Positions 9,136-17,926 of a stretch of 61,323 bases of DNA are shown piece by piece (positions within the stretch are counted from its first letter, which is position 1; each line of letters starts with the position of its first letter). A model generated the notes under the pieces. The model made no database searches, was not told where the DNA came from, and saw only the letters and a list, made by a program, of their open reading frames with translations. Made by a program: the position numbers and the translations under genes. The DNA is taken from positions 1-61,323 of the IMG/VR virus record IMGVR_UViG_3300023174_007841, one strand, 5' to 3'. Origin of the DNA: a virus. Lineage: Duplodnaviria; Caudoviricetes.

Positions 9136-10227
9136 TCAATAGTTGTTGACCGTATCGATGATCTTGTCTAAGTCGGCGTCGCTTAACCACCAACCAACGG
9201 GTATGTTAATCATCTTGTTGCAAAATTCTTCTGTGCCATGAAGATCTTGTCTCTTGAAGTCCTTGAAGACGCTGTATCGATCGTTGCGAACGTGGACGAC
9301 ATCCGAAGCTATTCCATTCTTCGCAAGGTTCTGTTTGAATTTTTCCTTGTCGTCGACCAGCAGAGAATAGATCCAATAAGAGGAAGCGCCGAGTGGGTCA
9401 CGGCGAAGTTTGGTCACCTTCGGATTGTTGATCTTTTCATCATAGAGTTTACCGTTCTTTTTGTGAGATCCCACGATGAAATCTAGATGCTTCATCTGTT
9501 CGAGACCGATGATAGCGTTGACATTATTCATGTGGAATTTATATCCGGACTCTGCGATGTCCTGCTCCCAACGAGATCCTGGATATTTTCTGTCTAGACC
9601 GAACCATCTCATCTTCTTAATCCTGACGTCATCCGATGTCGACGCCGAACAAATAGCGCCGCCGTCGACCGTGGTCAAATGTTTGATAGCCTGGAAAGAG
9701 AAACAGACGTAGTCGGAATGACTACCGATTGGCTTGTTGTCGTACGATGCTCCAAGGGCATGTGCTGCGTCTTCTATGACTTTAATGTTTGGGTCGTATT
9801 GCTTGACGATCTGTTGCACAGAATTGATGTCGAATGGTTGCCCAGCCCAATGAACGGCGACGACTGCCTTTGTACGTTTTGACAACCTCTTTTTCACAGA
9901 CTCTGGATCTATGTTACCTGTTGTAGGATCGATGTCTGCAAATACCAACTTTGCTCCCGTTAGATGAGCTGGTTCGTTGGTCGCCATGCAAGTCATGGGC
10001 GTCGTAATAATTTCGGTATCAGGACTGAGATCAGATAACCTATAAGCGAGAGCTAGCGCAGACGTACAACTATTTACTAAAGAGCAATTAGAGTTACCCA
10101 CGTAAGAACCAAATTCATTTTCAAACTTATCAGAAAATTCTCCTTCGGTTATGACTCCCGCATCAAAAACTTCTTGTATTTTTGCTCCGATATTGGGCGG
10201 CACGTGTATCTTAAAAAGCGGTATCAT
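9136..10227 (-). CDS. DegT/DnrJ/EryC1/StrS PLP-dependent sugar aminotransferase
   Basis: VNSCTSAL, VHWAG, IEDAAHALG, FSFQAIKHLTTVDGG (PLP Lys), GYKFHM. Confidence 0.95.
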   Translation of the reverse strand: MIPLFKIHVPPNIGAKIQEVFDAGVITEGEFSDKFENEFGSYVGNSNCSLVNSCTSALALAYRLSDLSPDTEIITTPMTCMATNEPAHLTGAKLVFADIDPTTGNIDPESVKKRLSKRTKAVVAVHWAGQPFDINSVQQIVKQYDPNIKVIEDAAHALGASYDNKPIGSHSDYVCFSFQAIKHLTTVDGGAICSASTSDDVRIKKMRWFGLDRKYPGSRWEQDIAESGYKFHMNNVNAIIGLEQMKHLDFIVGSHKKNGKLYDEKINNPKVTKLRRDPLGASSYWIYSLLVDDKEKFKQNLAKNGIASDVVHVRNDRYSVFKDFKRQDLHGTEEFCNKMINIPVGWWLSDADLDKIIDTVNNY

Positions 10228-11186
10228 TTTTTATTCCTGTAAAATTCGATAATTTCTATTAACGATTCTTCGAAATTTCTCTTTGGAGTCCAGCCCAACT
10301 TTGTTATCTTTTGAAAATCCAACGCATATCTTAAATCGGCACCGGCTCTATCTGAACTATAATCTGCGCTATCTTTAAAGTTTAAATTTAGAACCTTACA
10401 AACTCGCTCAACGACTTCATTGACAGAGTATTCTTCTTCAGAGGCAATGTGATAGACTTCGTTTAATATCCCGGTATCAATGACTTGTAATATTGCCTCG
10501 ACGTTGTCTTCGACGTGAATCCAGTTTCTAACGTACGAACCGTTACCGTGAATAGGAGCTTTTTCTCCTGCTAATAATTTTGTAATAACTCTTGGTATCA
10601 ACTTTTCGGGATGTTGTCTCTTACCATAGTTGTTCGTAGTTCGAGTCATCAAAAATGGTATATCGTAAGTTCTTGACCAGGCAAACAAAATTTGTTCTGC
10701 TGCGGCTTTAGTTGCAGAGTAAGGATTACTGGCTTTGTGTCTGTCTTCTTCCTTGAAGAATCCTTCTTCAATGTCTCCAAAGACTTCATCTGTACTGATC
10801 TGTACGAATAACGGACTTACATATTTCTGAGCCGCTAAAGTACTTTTTACTTTGTTGTTCTTTATTATCTCCAACAAATTATAGACGCCCTTGATGTTAG
10901 AATTTAGAAAATTAAAACTTTCGGTTATCGAATTATCTACGTGAGACTCAGCTGCAAAATTTACTATGACGTCGCAACGAGGTATTTCTTTAATGTCGCA
11001 AATGTCTTTTTGAATAAATTCATAGTCGCCAACGAATTTTATATCTACGCTCGACGCGTAAGTAACCTTATCAATGTTGGTTACACTATGACCTAGAGAT
11101 AAACACTTTTCTATAAAGTGACTACCGATAAATCCCAATCCGCCAGTTACTAAAAAACGACAAGGTTTCTTTAGTCTTTTTTCCAT
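10224..11186 (-). CDS. rfbB: dTDP-glucose 4,6-dehydratase
   Basis: VTGGLGFIGS, NFAAESHVDNSI, QISTDEVFG, PYSATKAA, NNYG..QHPEKLIP, RNWIHVED. Confidence 0.93.
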   Translation of the reverse strand: MEKRLKKPCRFLVTGGLGFIGSHFIEKCLSLGHSVTNIDKVTYASSVDIKFVGDYEFIQKDICDIKEIPRCDVIVNFAAESHVDNSITESFNFLNSNIKGVYNLLEIIKNNKVKSTLAAQKYVSPLFVQISTDEVFGDIEEGFFKEEDRHKASNPYSATKAAAEQILFAWSRTYDIPFLMTRTTNNYGKRQHPEKLIPRVITKLLAGEKAPIHGNGSYVRNWIHVEDNVEAILQVIDTGILNEVYHIASEEEYSVNEVVERVCKVLNLNFKDSADYSSDRAGADLRYALDFQKITKLGWTPKRNFEESLIEIIEFYRNKK

Positions 11187-11608
11187 TTTTTAAATTCGCT
11201 CCAGTTCTTAAACTTTATGGTATCGGGATCATCGGGATGCCAAGACGGACTAGGACAATTTATGATGATAGCTAATTCATCGCCACGATTAGATAATTTT
11301 ATCGGCACGTTAGCTGGAATGATAGCAAGATCTATCATGTTATTTGCATCTTCTTTAGAAGATAATAAAACCATTTTTGTCGTATCATCGGCGAGCGTCT
11401 CTATTTCGACGTCGCCCTGTATACAAGTCATATACGCAACTCGACGTTCATGAAGTATGATGTCTTTTTCTATCCGAGGAGCTATCGTCGTAGCATAAAC
11501 CATTTTAGGCTCGTGACCTTCGTTGGTTTCATTGTCCCAATTTCTATAGATGGGAATCATGTGACCATCGGGTGTTTTTATCTTTTGAATCTTTTTTAAG
11601 ACTATCAT
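11171..11608 (-). CDS. Cupin-fold NDP-sugar epimerase/isomerase (RmlC/FdtA-like)
   Basis: DGHM..IYR, MVYATTI.P, ILHERR..YMTCIQG, IIPANVP, PSWHPDDPD. Start placed at ATG 11608 (ATGA overlap). Confidence 0.7.
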   Translation of the reverse strand: MIVLKKIQKIKTPDGHMIPIYRNWDNETNEGHEPKMVYATTIAPRIEKDIILHERRVAYMTCIQGDVEIETLADDTTKMVLLSSKEDANNMIDLAIIPANVPIKLSNRGDELAIIINCPSPSWHPDDPDTIKFKNWSEFKKWKKD

Positions 11609-12312
11609 GCTAGGTCTTCCATGAAACAAAATTCTACGTCGGTTTGCGATTGTATAAATTTCTTTAACTCGTCGGTTTTTTCTTCGCTTAAATAATTCGA
11701 ATCCCATTCGCATGCGTGATATACGACTTCTGTGTAAGGAGAAAAAGCTTGCAAAGCATCGAAGGGAGGATTACAGTTGTAGTAAACTACTTTGCTAAAA
11801 GTGTTTTCCGCACCATCATAAATTTTCTTAGCATACTCCTTGGGAGAAAGAGCTAATATTTCTATACCCATTTGTTGAGCTACGTTTATGGCGTCCGAAG
11901 ACATTCTCCACGCAGGAGGTCTAAACACGGGTTTAAAGACTTCTTTTAATCCCGCCTTGTCGACTACTTCAAGCATGGTTTGAAATTTTTGTATAGCCTC
12001 TTCTGCGTTTAGGCGTTGGAACTCGTCGTTGTCACTTACGCCAGGTATTCCGTGATAAAATCCATGATAGCAAATTTCGAAATTTTCTTTTGGAAGCTTA
12101 CTGATAAAATTACAAAAATCGGGAAAACGTTCAATGCTTAAAGGTTCGATTGTAACTGTTCCTGGTTTAATAGTTCTCCAATAAGATACCGGAACGAAGA
12201 GACTAAACTTCGCTTTTGGAAATATCGATATAATTTCGTTACATCTCTCTACGACCTTTATGGAGGCGCGAGGATGCGGCGAAACATCGTCTATACTAAT
12301 GTTGATTTTCAT
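11605..12312 (-). CDS. Polysaccharide deacetylase-like (CE4/DUF2334-type)
   Basis: ISIDDVSP, EICYHGFYH, FRPPAW. Confidence 0.8.
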   Translation of the reverse strand: MKINISIDDVSPHPRASIKVVERCNEIISIFPKAKFSLFVPVSYWRTIKPGTVTIEPLSIERFPDFCNFISKLPKENFEICYHGFYHGIPGVSDNDEFQRLNAEEAIQKFQTMLEVVDKAGLKEVFKPVFRPPAWRMSSDAINVAQQMGIEILALSPKEYAKKIYDGAENTFSKVVYYNCNPPFDALQAFSPYTEVVYHACEWDSNYLSEEKTDELKKFIQSQTDVEFCFMEDLA

Positions 12313-13226
12313 GTGATAGACTCAAATAAATTTACATATTCTTTTGCCATATCCAACGAATGCCTCGTTGAAGACATTCTGATAAAGGTAGAATAAATTA
12401 AGTCCATATAGTTTTCCAAGATATGCGTCAATTCTTCCATATCGGTATAAGAAAAACCGTAGTCTTTACAGTATTCGCATATGCTACCTCCATCGGAGTG
12501 ATAAAGCACGGGTAGATTCATAGCAATTGCTTCGAGAACATGATTCGCGCCGGCTTCAAATTTAGAAGCCGTAACATATACGTGATAATTCGACAACTCA
12601 TCGATTAATCCATTTACGTCGTGCGGAGGTAGGTGTCTTGTAAAAGAAATATTTTGCGGTTTTCTCCCAATGTAGGTAAACGTAAATTTTTCAGAACCCA
12701 AACAATAATTGTCGAGTTTTTGATAAAAATCGAATCCTTTATTGGCGTTATCTGACCAATGGTGTGTTACAAGATTAATTTTTCCGTCAAAAGATTTTTC
12801 ATAATCTTTAAGCGTAATAAACTCTGGCAAAGGCGCATTTTGAATCACGCATTGGTTCGAGTTATTTTGATTCAAATATTTTTTTGCCCAATCGCTAGGA
12901 AATACTAGAACATCTGCGTGAGGCGTTGTGCTTTTCAATAATTCAAAAAGTTCTGGTTTGCCGTGAGTTCCAAGATCGCCAACCCTTTGAAGAATTTTTT
13001 TTCCGAATTTTTTTTTATATTCTAACATCTTTTCAAAACTAACGTTTTGATTAGGTCTAGGGTCGAAACAAACGATTAGATCGACGTCTTCGTTGTTAAG
13101 ATCTAGTTGTTCTTCGAATAAAACTGAGTGACCACGACTAGTGCATTCACTTACAATAGATGAAAGAACTTTAGAACCGCCACCCCAAGGTCCTTGAACC
13201 GGTCGTCTGTTGAAATAAATTTTCAT
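12309..13226 (-). CDS. Glycosyltransferase, GT4-like
   Basis: GPWGGG, NKGFD, and the ASKFEAGANHVLEAIAMNLPV (E-x7-E) motif. Start placed at ATG 13226. Confidence 0.85.
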   Translation of the reverse strand: MKIYFNRRPVQGPWGGGSKVLSSIVSECTSRGHSVLFEEQLDLNNEDVDLIVCFDPRPNQNVSFEKMLEYKKKFGKKILQRVGDLGTHGKPELFELLKSTTPHADVLVFPSDWAKKYLNQNNSNQCVIQNAPLPEFITLKDYEKSFDGKINLVTHHWSDNANKGFDFYQKLDNYCLGSEKFTFTYIGRKPQNISFTRHLPPHDVNGLIDELSNYHVYVTASKFEAGANHVLEAIAMNLPVLYHSDGGSICEYCKDYGFSYTDMEELTHILENYMDLIYSTFIRMSSTRHSLDMAKEYVNLFESIT

Positions 13227-14041
13227 AATTTTTCCCAAATCCTAGTTTGATTAGGTTGGCGATCGGGGGTTTCTCCAAGCAATAATTTAAAATCTTTATC
13301 TAGGTTTTGGTAATATAGATCTCTTTGTTCTGCGGCTGAATCTAGGTCTGGCCCTGGTTGTTCGTTTGGATCGTGAGCGTGTTTAATAAAGTTTTCGCAG
13401 AATAATCCGCCTTGTTTCATCTGCGCTGTAAGATTTTCAAGCGTGGCGACGGGACTTGGGACATGCTCTAAAACCTCAAATATAAAAACAGCGTCTAGCT
13501 TTTCAGAATATTGTGGCAAAGAATTAGGCAATATCGTTATTGGTTCAAAAGTTACATTTCTCAAGTTTCTAGATTCAATTAATTTTTTTAGTCGCCATGC
13601 GCCGAACGTAAAGTGTTCGCTTTCTACGTCTGAAATATGCACGCTTAATTTTTCGGCAGGATCAATGTTTTCTAACAGCGTATAGGTAAATGGCGCTACT
13701 CCACAACCGTATTCGCAAAAAACAGAATTTCTTTTTACGGTTCTTGTCAAAAATTCTAGATGTACTTGCGTCATGTCTTTATGACGCACGACTTGTCTAA
13801 AAGCAGACCAAGCGCCTTGATCTTTGTAGAATTGGAAAATTTGTTCTTCGCTATCTCTAGGTTTAGAAGCCCAAATTTCTTCAAAGGTTAAATTACTTAC
13901 AGCATGAGTTGTTGCCGAAGCAGGAAGGCTTGGTTTTCTGTTAGGCTTCCGTGTGCCGAGTTCGAGCGCTACATCAGGAGAAACGCCATAATATTCGCAC
14001 AAATCGTCGTACCAGTTTTTATAATAAAATACATTTTCCAT
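13223..14041 (-). CDS. Class I SAM-dependent methyltransferase
   Basis: EYGCGVAP, DAVFIFEVLEHVPSP, MKQGG. Confidence 0.85.
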   Translation of the reverse strand: MENVFYYKNWYDDLCEYYGVSPDVALELGTRKPNRKPSLPASATTHAVSNLTFEEIWASKPRDSEEQIFQFYKDQGAWSAFRQVVRHKDMTQVHLEFLTRTVKRNSVFCEYGCGVAPFTYTLLENIDPAEKLSVHISDVESEHFTFGAWRLKKLIESRNLRNVTFEPITILPNSLPQYSEKLDAVFIFEVLEHVPSPVATLENLTAQMKQGGLFCENFIKHAHDPNEQPGPDLDSAAEQRDLYYQNLDKDFKLLLGETPDRQPNQTRIWEKL

Positions 14042-14046
14042 AACAT

Positions 14047-14952
14047 TTAATCTGTAAGTGAGGTTATCAAGTCTCTATACTTTTTGAAGCCTTCGTTTAA
14101 TTTTAATTTTTCAACTTCAGGTACTGTCGGCGTCGCCGTAGTGACATCATCGGATATAGATTCTTCGGGCAATACTAAATTAGCAATACCAATATTGCGC
14201 GAAATCACGGGAATGTTTAACAGCCCACATTCGATAAGCGACTGAGGTCCGCCTTCCGCTCGGGACGTAACGGGATACAAGTCCAGCGTTTGATATAACT
14301 CATTTATCGTTTCTTGCGATGGTCTATCAAAATAGGTGTAAGGTATGCCGGCTTGTTCTAGTCTGGATATCACATATTGACGACGCCAACCTGCCAAGAC
14401 AACATGAATTAGTTTATTAGTCGACCAAAGTTTTTCTACGGCATCTACAAATAGATCCGGACCTTTTTCTAGTTTTGGAGTCTTTAGATCATGACCTTCT
14501 GTGTCTCTTTGAAACGATCCAATCAAGTATCCGTTAGACACTAGACCATGCTTTTTTCTTAGCGTCTGTTTATCTTCTGTTGGTCTCCAGATTTTTTGAT
14601 TAGCCCAATATGGAATTACGTGTATCGGTTTTTTAGTTAATTGTTTTACGATACTTTCTGTGTGATGATTGGGCACGTGATAGGCATCAGTAATAGAATC
14701 TCTTTGTTGAAAATCTGATAGCTTGCTTTGATCGAATTTTTCAATAACGATATGATGGATAGTGGTGATTATCTTTTTGCTTGTCAATAGCGCGGGATTG
14801 ATGTTTTTGTAACACCAGCTAGCGAGCAACCATATTACGTCTGCTTGACTTGGGTCGTTAACTGATATATCTGAATTATCATTGTACCATTCGGTAGCCA
14901 ATCTATCAACGATCCAGTCTTCCGACGGTCTTAATACGAAAACTTTGTTCAT
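14047..14952 (-). CDS. Glycosyltransferase, GT4-like
   Basis: KGPD, LYPVTSRAEGGPQSLIECGLLNIPVIS. Confidence 0.85.
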   Translation of the reverse strand: MNKVFVLRPSEDWIVDRLATEWYNDNSDISVNDPSQADVIWLLASWCYKNINPALLTSKKIITTIHHIVIEKFDQSKLSDFQQRDSITDAYHVPNHHTESIVKQLTKKPIHVIPYWANQKIWRPTEDKQTLRKKHGLVSNGYLIGSFQRDTEGHDLKTPKLEKGPDLFVDAVEKLWSTNKLIHVVLAGWRRQYVISRLEQAGIPYTYFDRPSQETINELYQTLDLYPVTSRAEGGPQSLIECGLLNIPVISRNIGIANLVLPEESISDDVTTATPTVPEVEKLKLNEGFKKYRDLITSLTD

Positions 14953-15947
14953 GACTGGAAAATGGCCTTTTCCTTCTCGGCCAACGCGATATCGTGTTCT
15001 ACCATTCTTTTTACGAGCAATTTAAAATCTACCTGAGGAGTCCAACCCAGAACTTCCTTAGCTTTTGTAGCGTCGCCGATGAGAGTATCTACTTCGGATG
15101 GTCTCATGAATTTCTGGTCTATTTTGACATACTTTTCTTTATCTAACTCTGCGATTGCGAATGCTTCATCAATAAATTCTTGGACGGAATGTCGCGTTCC
15201 AGTACCGATGACATAATCGTCTGGTTTGTTTTGTTGCAACATGAGCCACATCGCCTCTACATATTCGGGAGCATAACCCCAATCTCTAAGCGCAGATGTA
15301 TTGCCCATCCTTAGTTCGTCTTGTAGACCGACTTTAATTCTACCTACTGCTCGAGTGATTTTACGAGTAACAAAGTTTTCTCCTCGACGTTCAGATTCAT
15401 GATTGAATAAAATGCCCGAACATGCAAACATGTCATACGACTCTCTATAGTTTTGCGTGATATAGTGAGCGTATACTTTCGCACAGCCGTAGGGGCTACG
15501 CGGATAGAACGGAGTCTCTTCGTTCTGTGGAGTAGATCTTACTTTACCGAACATCTCGCTCGACGAGGCTTGATAAAACTTACAATTTAATTTTGAACGT
15601 TTAATAGCATCAAGAAGATTGAGCGCCCCAAGCGCTGTTACTTCCGAAGTGTTAACCGGTTGTTCGAAAGATATACCGACGTGGCTTTGTGCGGCGAGAT
15701 TATAGATTTCGTCGGGTTGAACTGTTTCTAACATGGCTCTCATGCCTGATGCGTCCATTAGATCGCCGTGATGTACCTCTAGCTTTTGCGAAAGCATTGC
15801 GCCTTTTAAGTGACCCCATCTGTCAGGAGTAAATTGAGTAGATTGTCTGATAAGACCGTGAACTTCGTAACCCTTCGAAATTAAAAGATCAACCAGGTAA
15901 CTACCATCCTGACCTGTAACACCCGTTATGAAAGCCTTTTTATTCAT
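14949..15947 (-). CDS. gmd: GDP-mannose 4,6-dehydratase
   Basis: ITGVTGQDGSYL, YNLAAQSHV, YQASSSEMFG, PRSPYGCAK, GILFNHES.RRGENFVTRKIT, RDWGYA. Confidence 0.97.
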   Translation of the reverse strand: MNKKAFITGVTGQDGSYLVDLLISKGYEVHGLIRQSTQFTPDRWGHLKGAMLSQKLEVHHGDLMDASGMRAMLETVQPDEIYNLAAQSHVGISFEQPVNTSEVTALGALNLLDAIKRSKLNCKFYQASSSEMFGKVRSTPQNEETPFYPRSPYGCAKVYAHYITQNYRESYDMFACSGILFNHESERRGENFVTRKITRAVGRIKVGLQDELRMGNTSALRDWGYAPEYVEAMWLMLQQNKPDDYVIGTGTRHSVQEFIDEAFAIAELDKEKYVKIDQKFMRPSEVDTLIGDATKAKEVLGWTPQVDFKLLVKRMVEHDIALAEKEKAIFQS

Positions 15948-15948
15948 A

Positions 15949-16305
15949 TCACGATCTCTTTTTTACTTCAAGAATAAACGGTGACGCGAAAGGTGTATTG
16001 GAAAAAACGCTGGCCAATAATGCCAATTCTTTAGTTTCTACATTTTTTACACTAGCTCTTTGTGAAAATATGTTGGGATCTAATTCTTGATTGCCATTTA
16101 TGGAGACGGCATCATAGTACATTTGGCACACCATATTCATGGCTTCGTTGCTTATTTCTATTTTCGATTCTTGAAATATGTCTACGAAAGTTTCGAATAT
16201 GTCTTGATAGATCGACGTGCATGTCGCCGAGTTTAATTTTTCATTTTTATATTTAACAAGCTTGGTTGTCAATAACTTGCTGACAGATTCATGTATATTT
16301 TTCAT
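15949..16305 (-). CDS. Hypothetical protein
   Basis: 118-aa ORF coupled (ATGA overlap) within the operon. No motif recognised. Confidence 0.7.
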   Translation of the reverse strand: MKNIHESVSKLLTTKLVKYKNEKLNSATCTSIYQDIFETFVDIFQESKIEISNEAMNMVCQMYYDAVSINGNQELDPNIFSQRASVKNVETKELALLASVFSNTPFASPFILEVKKRS

Positions 16306-17192
16306 ATTGATCCTAGGGCTTCCATATAGCGGCGACTGACGTCTATTATGTCGACGCTCGAGGCAATTTTATTTTGTCTCTCCTTAGAATAATCTAAGAC
16401 CGGCGGAGAATAAAGGTCGAGTGGCGACATGTCCCAGTCTAAATCATCAACAATCTTTGCGCTTAATCCTGCTATTTCTTTTGTTCCACCGCTGGCGGCT
16501 ACTATTAGTTTGCACCCTGCGACGCGTGCGTCGACGACGACATTTGGGCAGTGATCCAAAAATGCCAGATGTAAAAAAGTTGTCGATCTCTTGTAAAGAG
16601 AGACGCAATCTTCCCAAGAAAGCTGTCCTGTATAAAGGATCCTCGGGTGTTGTATTACGTAATCAGGATTTTCACCTGCTACTACCATGCAAGCTGTTTC
16701 AGGCGCTTTTTCTAAAAAATAATTAATGTTATCTCTTAGTCTTTTATGAGGACGCCAGGAAGAAGCACAGGACCACACCTCCGAGTATTTATCCAATTCG
16801 ACATGGGCGAGTGGCTGGATAGAGCTTATCGTTTCTAGACAAGTACCGTTATTGATTACAATTGATTTTTTAGATTGTCCAAAATATTTTTCTGTTAGCT
16901 TTTTGTTAAAATTAGATTGATATATCACTAAGTCTGCAACGTCATATGACCCCCTGATAGGAGCATTCATCAATTGCCAATCTTGTCGAGAATTAAAATA
17001 AATTCCGTCGAGACGAAGGGCTAGTTTCGCTTTTTTTTGAGTGGCAGATATAAAAGAAAGTTGAATATCAGGATTTAAAATATTTGTTCCTATTGTGTGG
17101 CCCGTCTTTTGAGCTTCTAACGTTAACCTACGACCGAATGAATTAGGGCCCGAAGAAGAATTAACGTTGACGTTATCTAATAGTATCTTCAC
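16302..17192 (-). CDS. Glycosyltransferase, GT4-like
   Basis: SGPNSF, VIYQS.F, W..HKR, DHCPNVVVDA..AG, SGGTKEI. Confidence 0.8.
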   Translation of the reverse strand: MKILLDNVNVNSSSGPNSFGRRLTLEAQKTGHTIGTNILNPDIQLSFISATQKKAKLALRLDGIYFNSRQDWQLMNAPIRGSYDVADLVIYQSNFNKKLTEKYFGQSKKSIVINNGTCLETISSIQPLAHVELDKYSEVWSCASSWRPHKRLRDNINYFLEKAPETACMVVAGENPDYVIQHPRILYTGQLSWEDCVSLYKRSTTFLHLAFLDHCPNVVVDARVAGCKLIVAASGGTKEIAGLSAKIVDDLDWDMSPLDLYSPPVLDYSKERQNKIASSVDIIDVSRRYMEALGSI

Positions 17193-17926
17193 TCTAAAAA
17201 TCCTCTTTCACGAATAGTCTCAGCTGACATTTTTTGATTGATCGCTCTATCCGAAGTAAATAAATTCTTATTTCCTAGATCAATATTGTAATGATAACCG
17301 ACTACGGGTATGAAGTTCAACTTCTTTCCTTCTCTATGGGAGAGGTGCATCATTGGTAAGAATATTGCTTGGTCACATGCGATCATGATGTACTCGCCTG
17401 AGTCTGTAAAAAAGTTAGCTTTTGGAACTTTACGAAGTCGTTCGGCACGAAACGTCTTAAGATGACTCGAAACCCACGGGTGCTGATAGACAGTTTGATT
17501 TGATTGTAGATTTAGGGGTCCAGAGATATTTCTTGGTGTATAGCTCCATCTATGTGCCGTCCAGGCGACAGCTTGAGATGGATCCTTATACGTTTCATTG
17601 AGTATCCATAGTAGATCGTTTTCCAATAGCCAGTCTCCGCCATCTAATCGACACACAATCTCGTCATCTTCTATGGACTCTAAAGAGGAGAGAGTGTTAC
17701 GAACTTCTCCGTGTTTCTCTATCCTGTCTACTAGGGTAAATTTGTCTCGGTGGATAGACCCGTCGACTACTCGCTTGACGAGACTAGGTCCACTATCGGT
17801 AGACATATCATTAATAACAATAGCTCTCCACTCATCATAGCTTTGGGCCATCATAGAGTGGAGCGTATTTGATATGTCTTCTTCCGCGTTGTAATACGGA
17901 ATGACGAAGACAAAACGATTCTTCAC
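17189..17926 (-). CDS. Glycosyltransferase family 2
   Basis: VIPYYNA, INDMSTD, RLDGGDWL. Confidence 0.88.
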   Translation of the reverse strand: MKNRFVFVIPYYNAEEDISNTLHSMMAQSYDEWRAIVINDMSTDSGPSLVKRVVDGSIHRDKFTLVDRIEKHGEVRNTLSSLESIEDDEIVCRLDGGDWLLENDLLWILNETYKDPSQAVAWTAHRWSYTPRNISGPLNLQSNQTVYQHPWVSSHLKTFRAERLRKVPKANFFTDSGEYIMIACDQAIFLPMMHLSHREGKKLNFIPVVGYHYNIDLGNKNLFTSDRAINQKMSAETIRERGFLE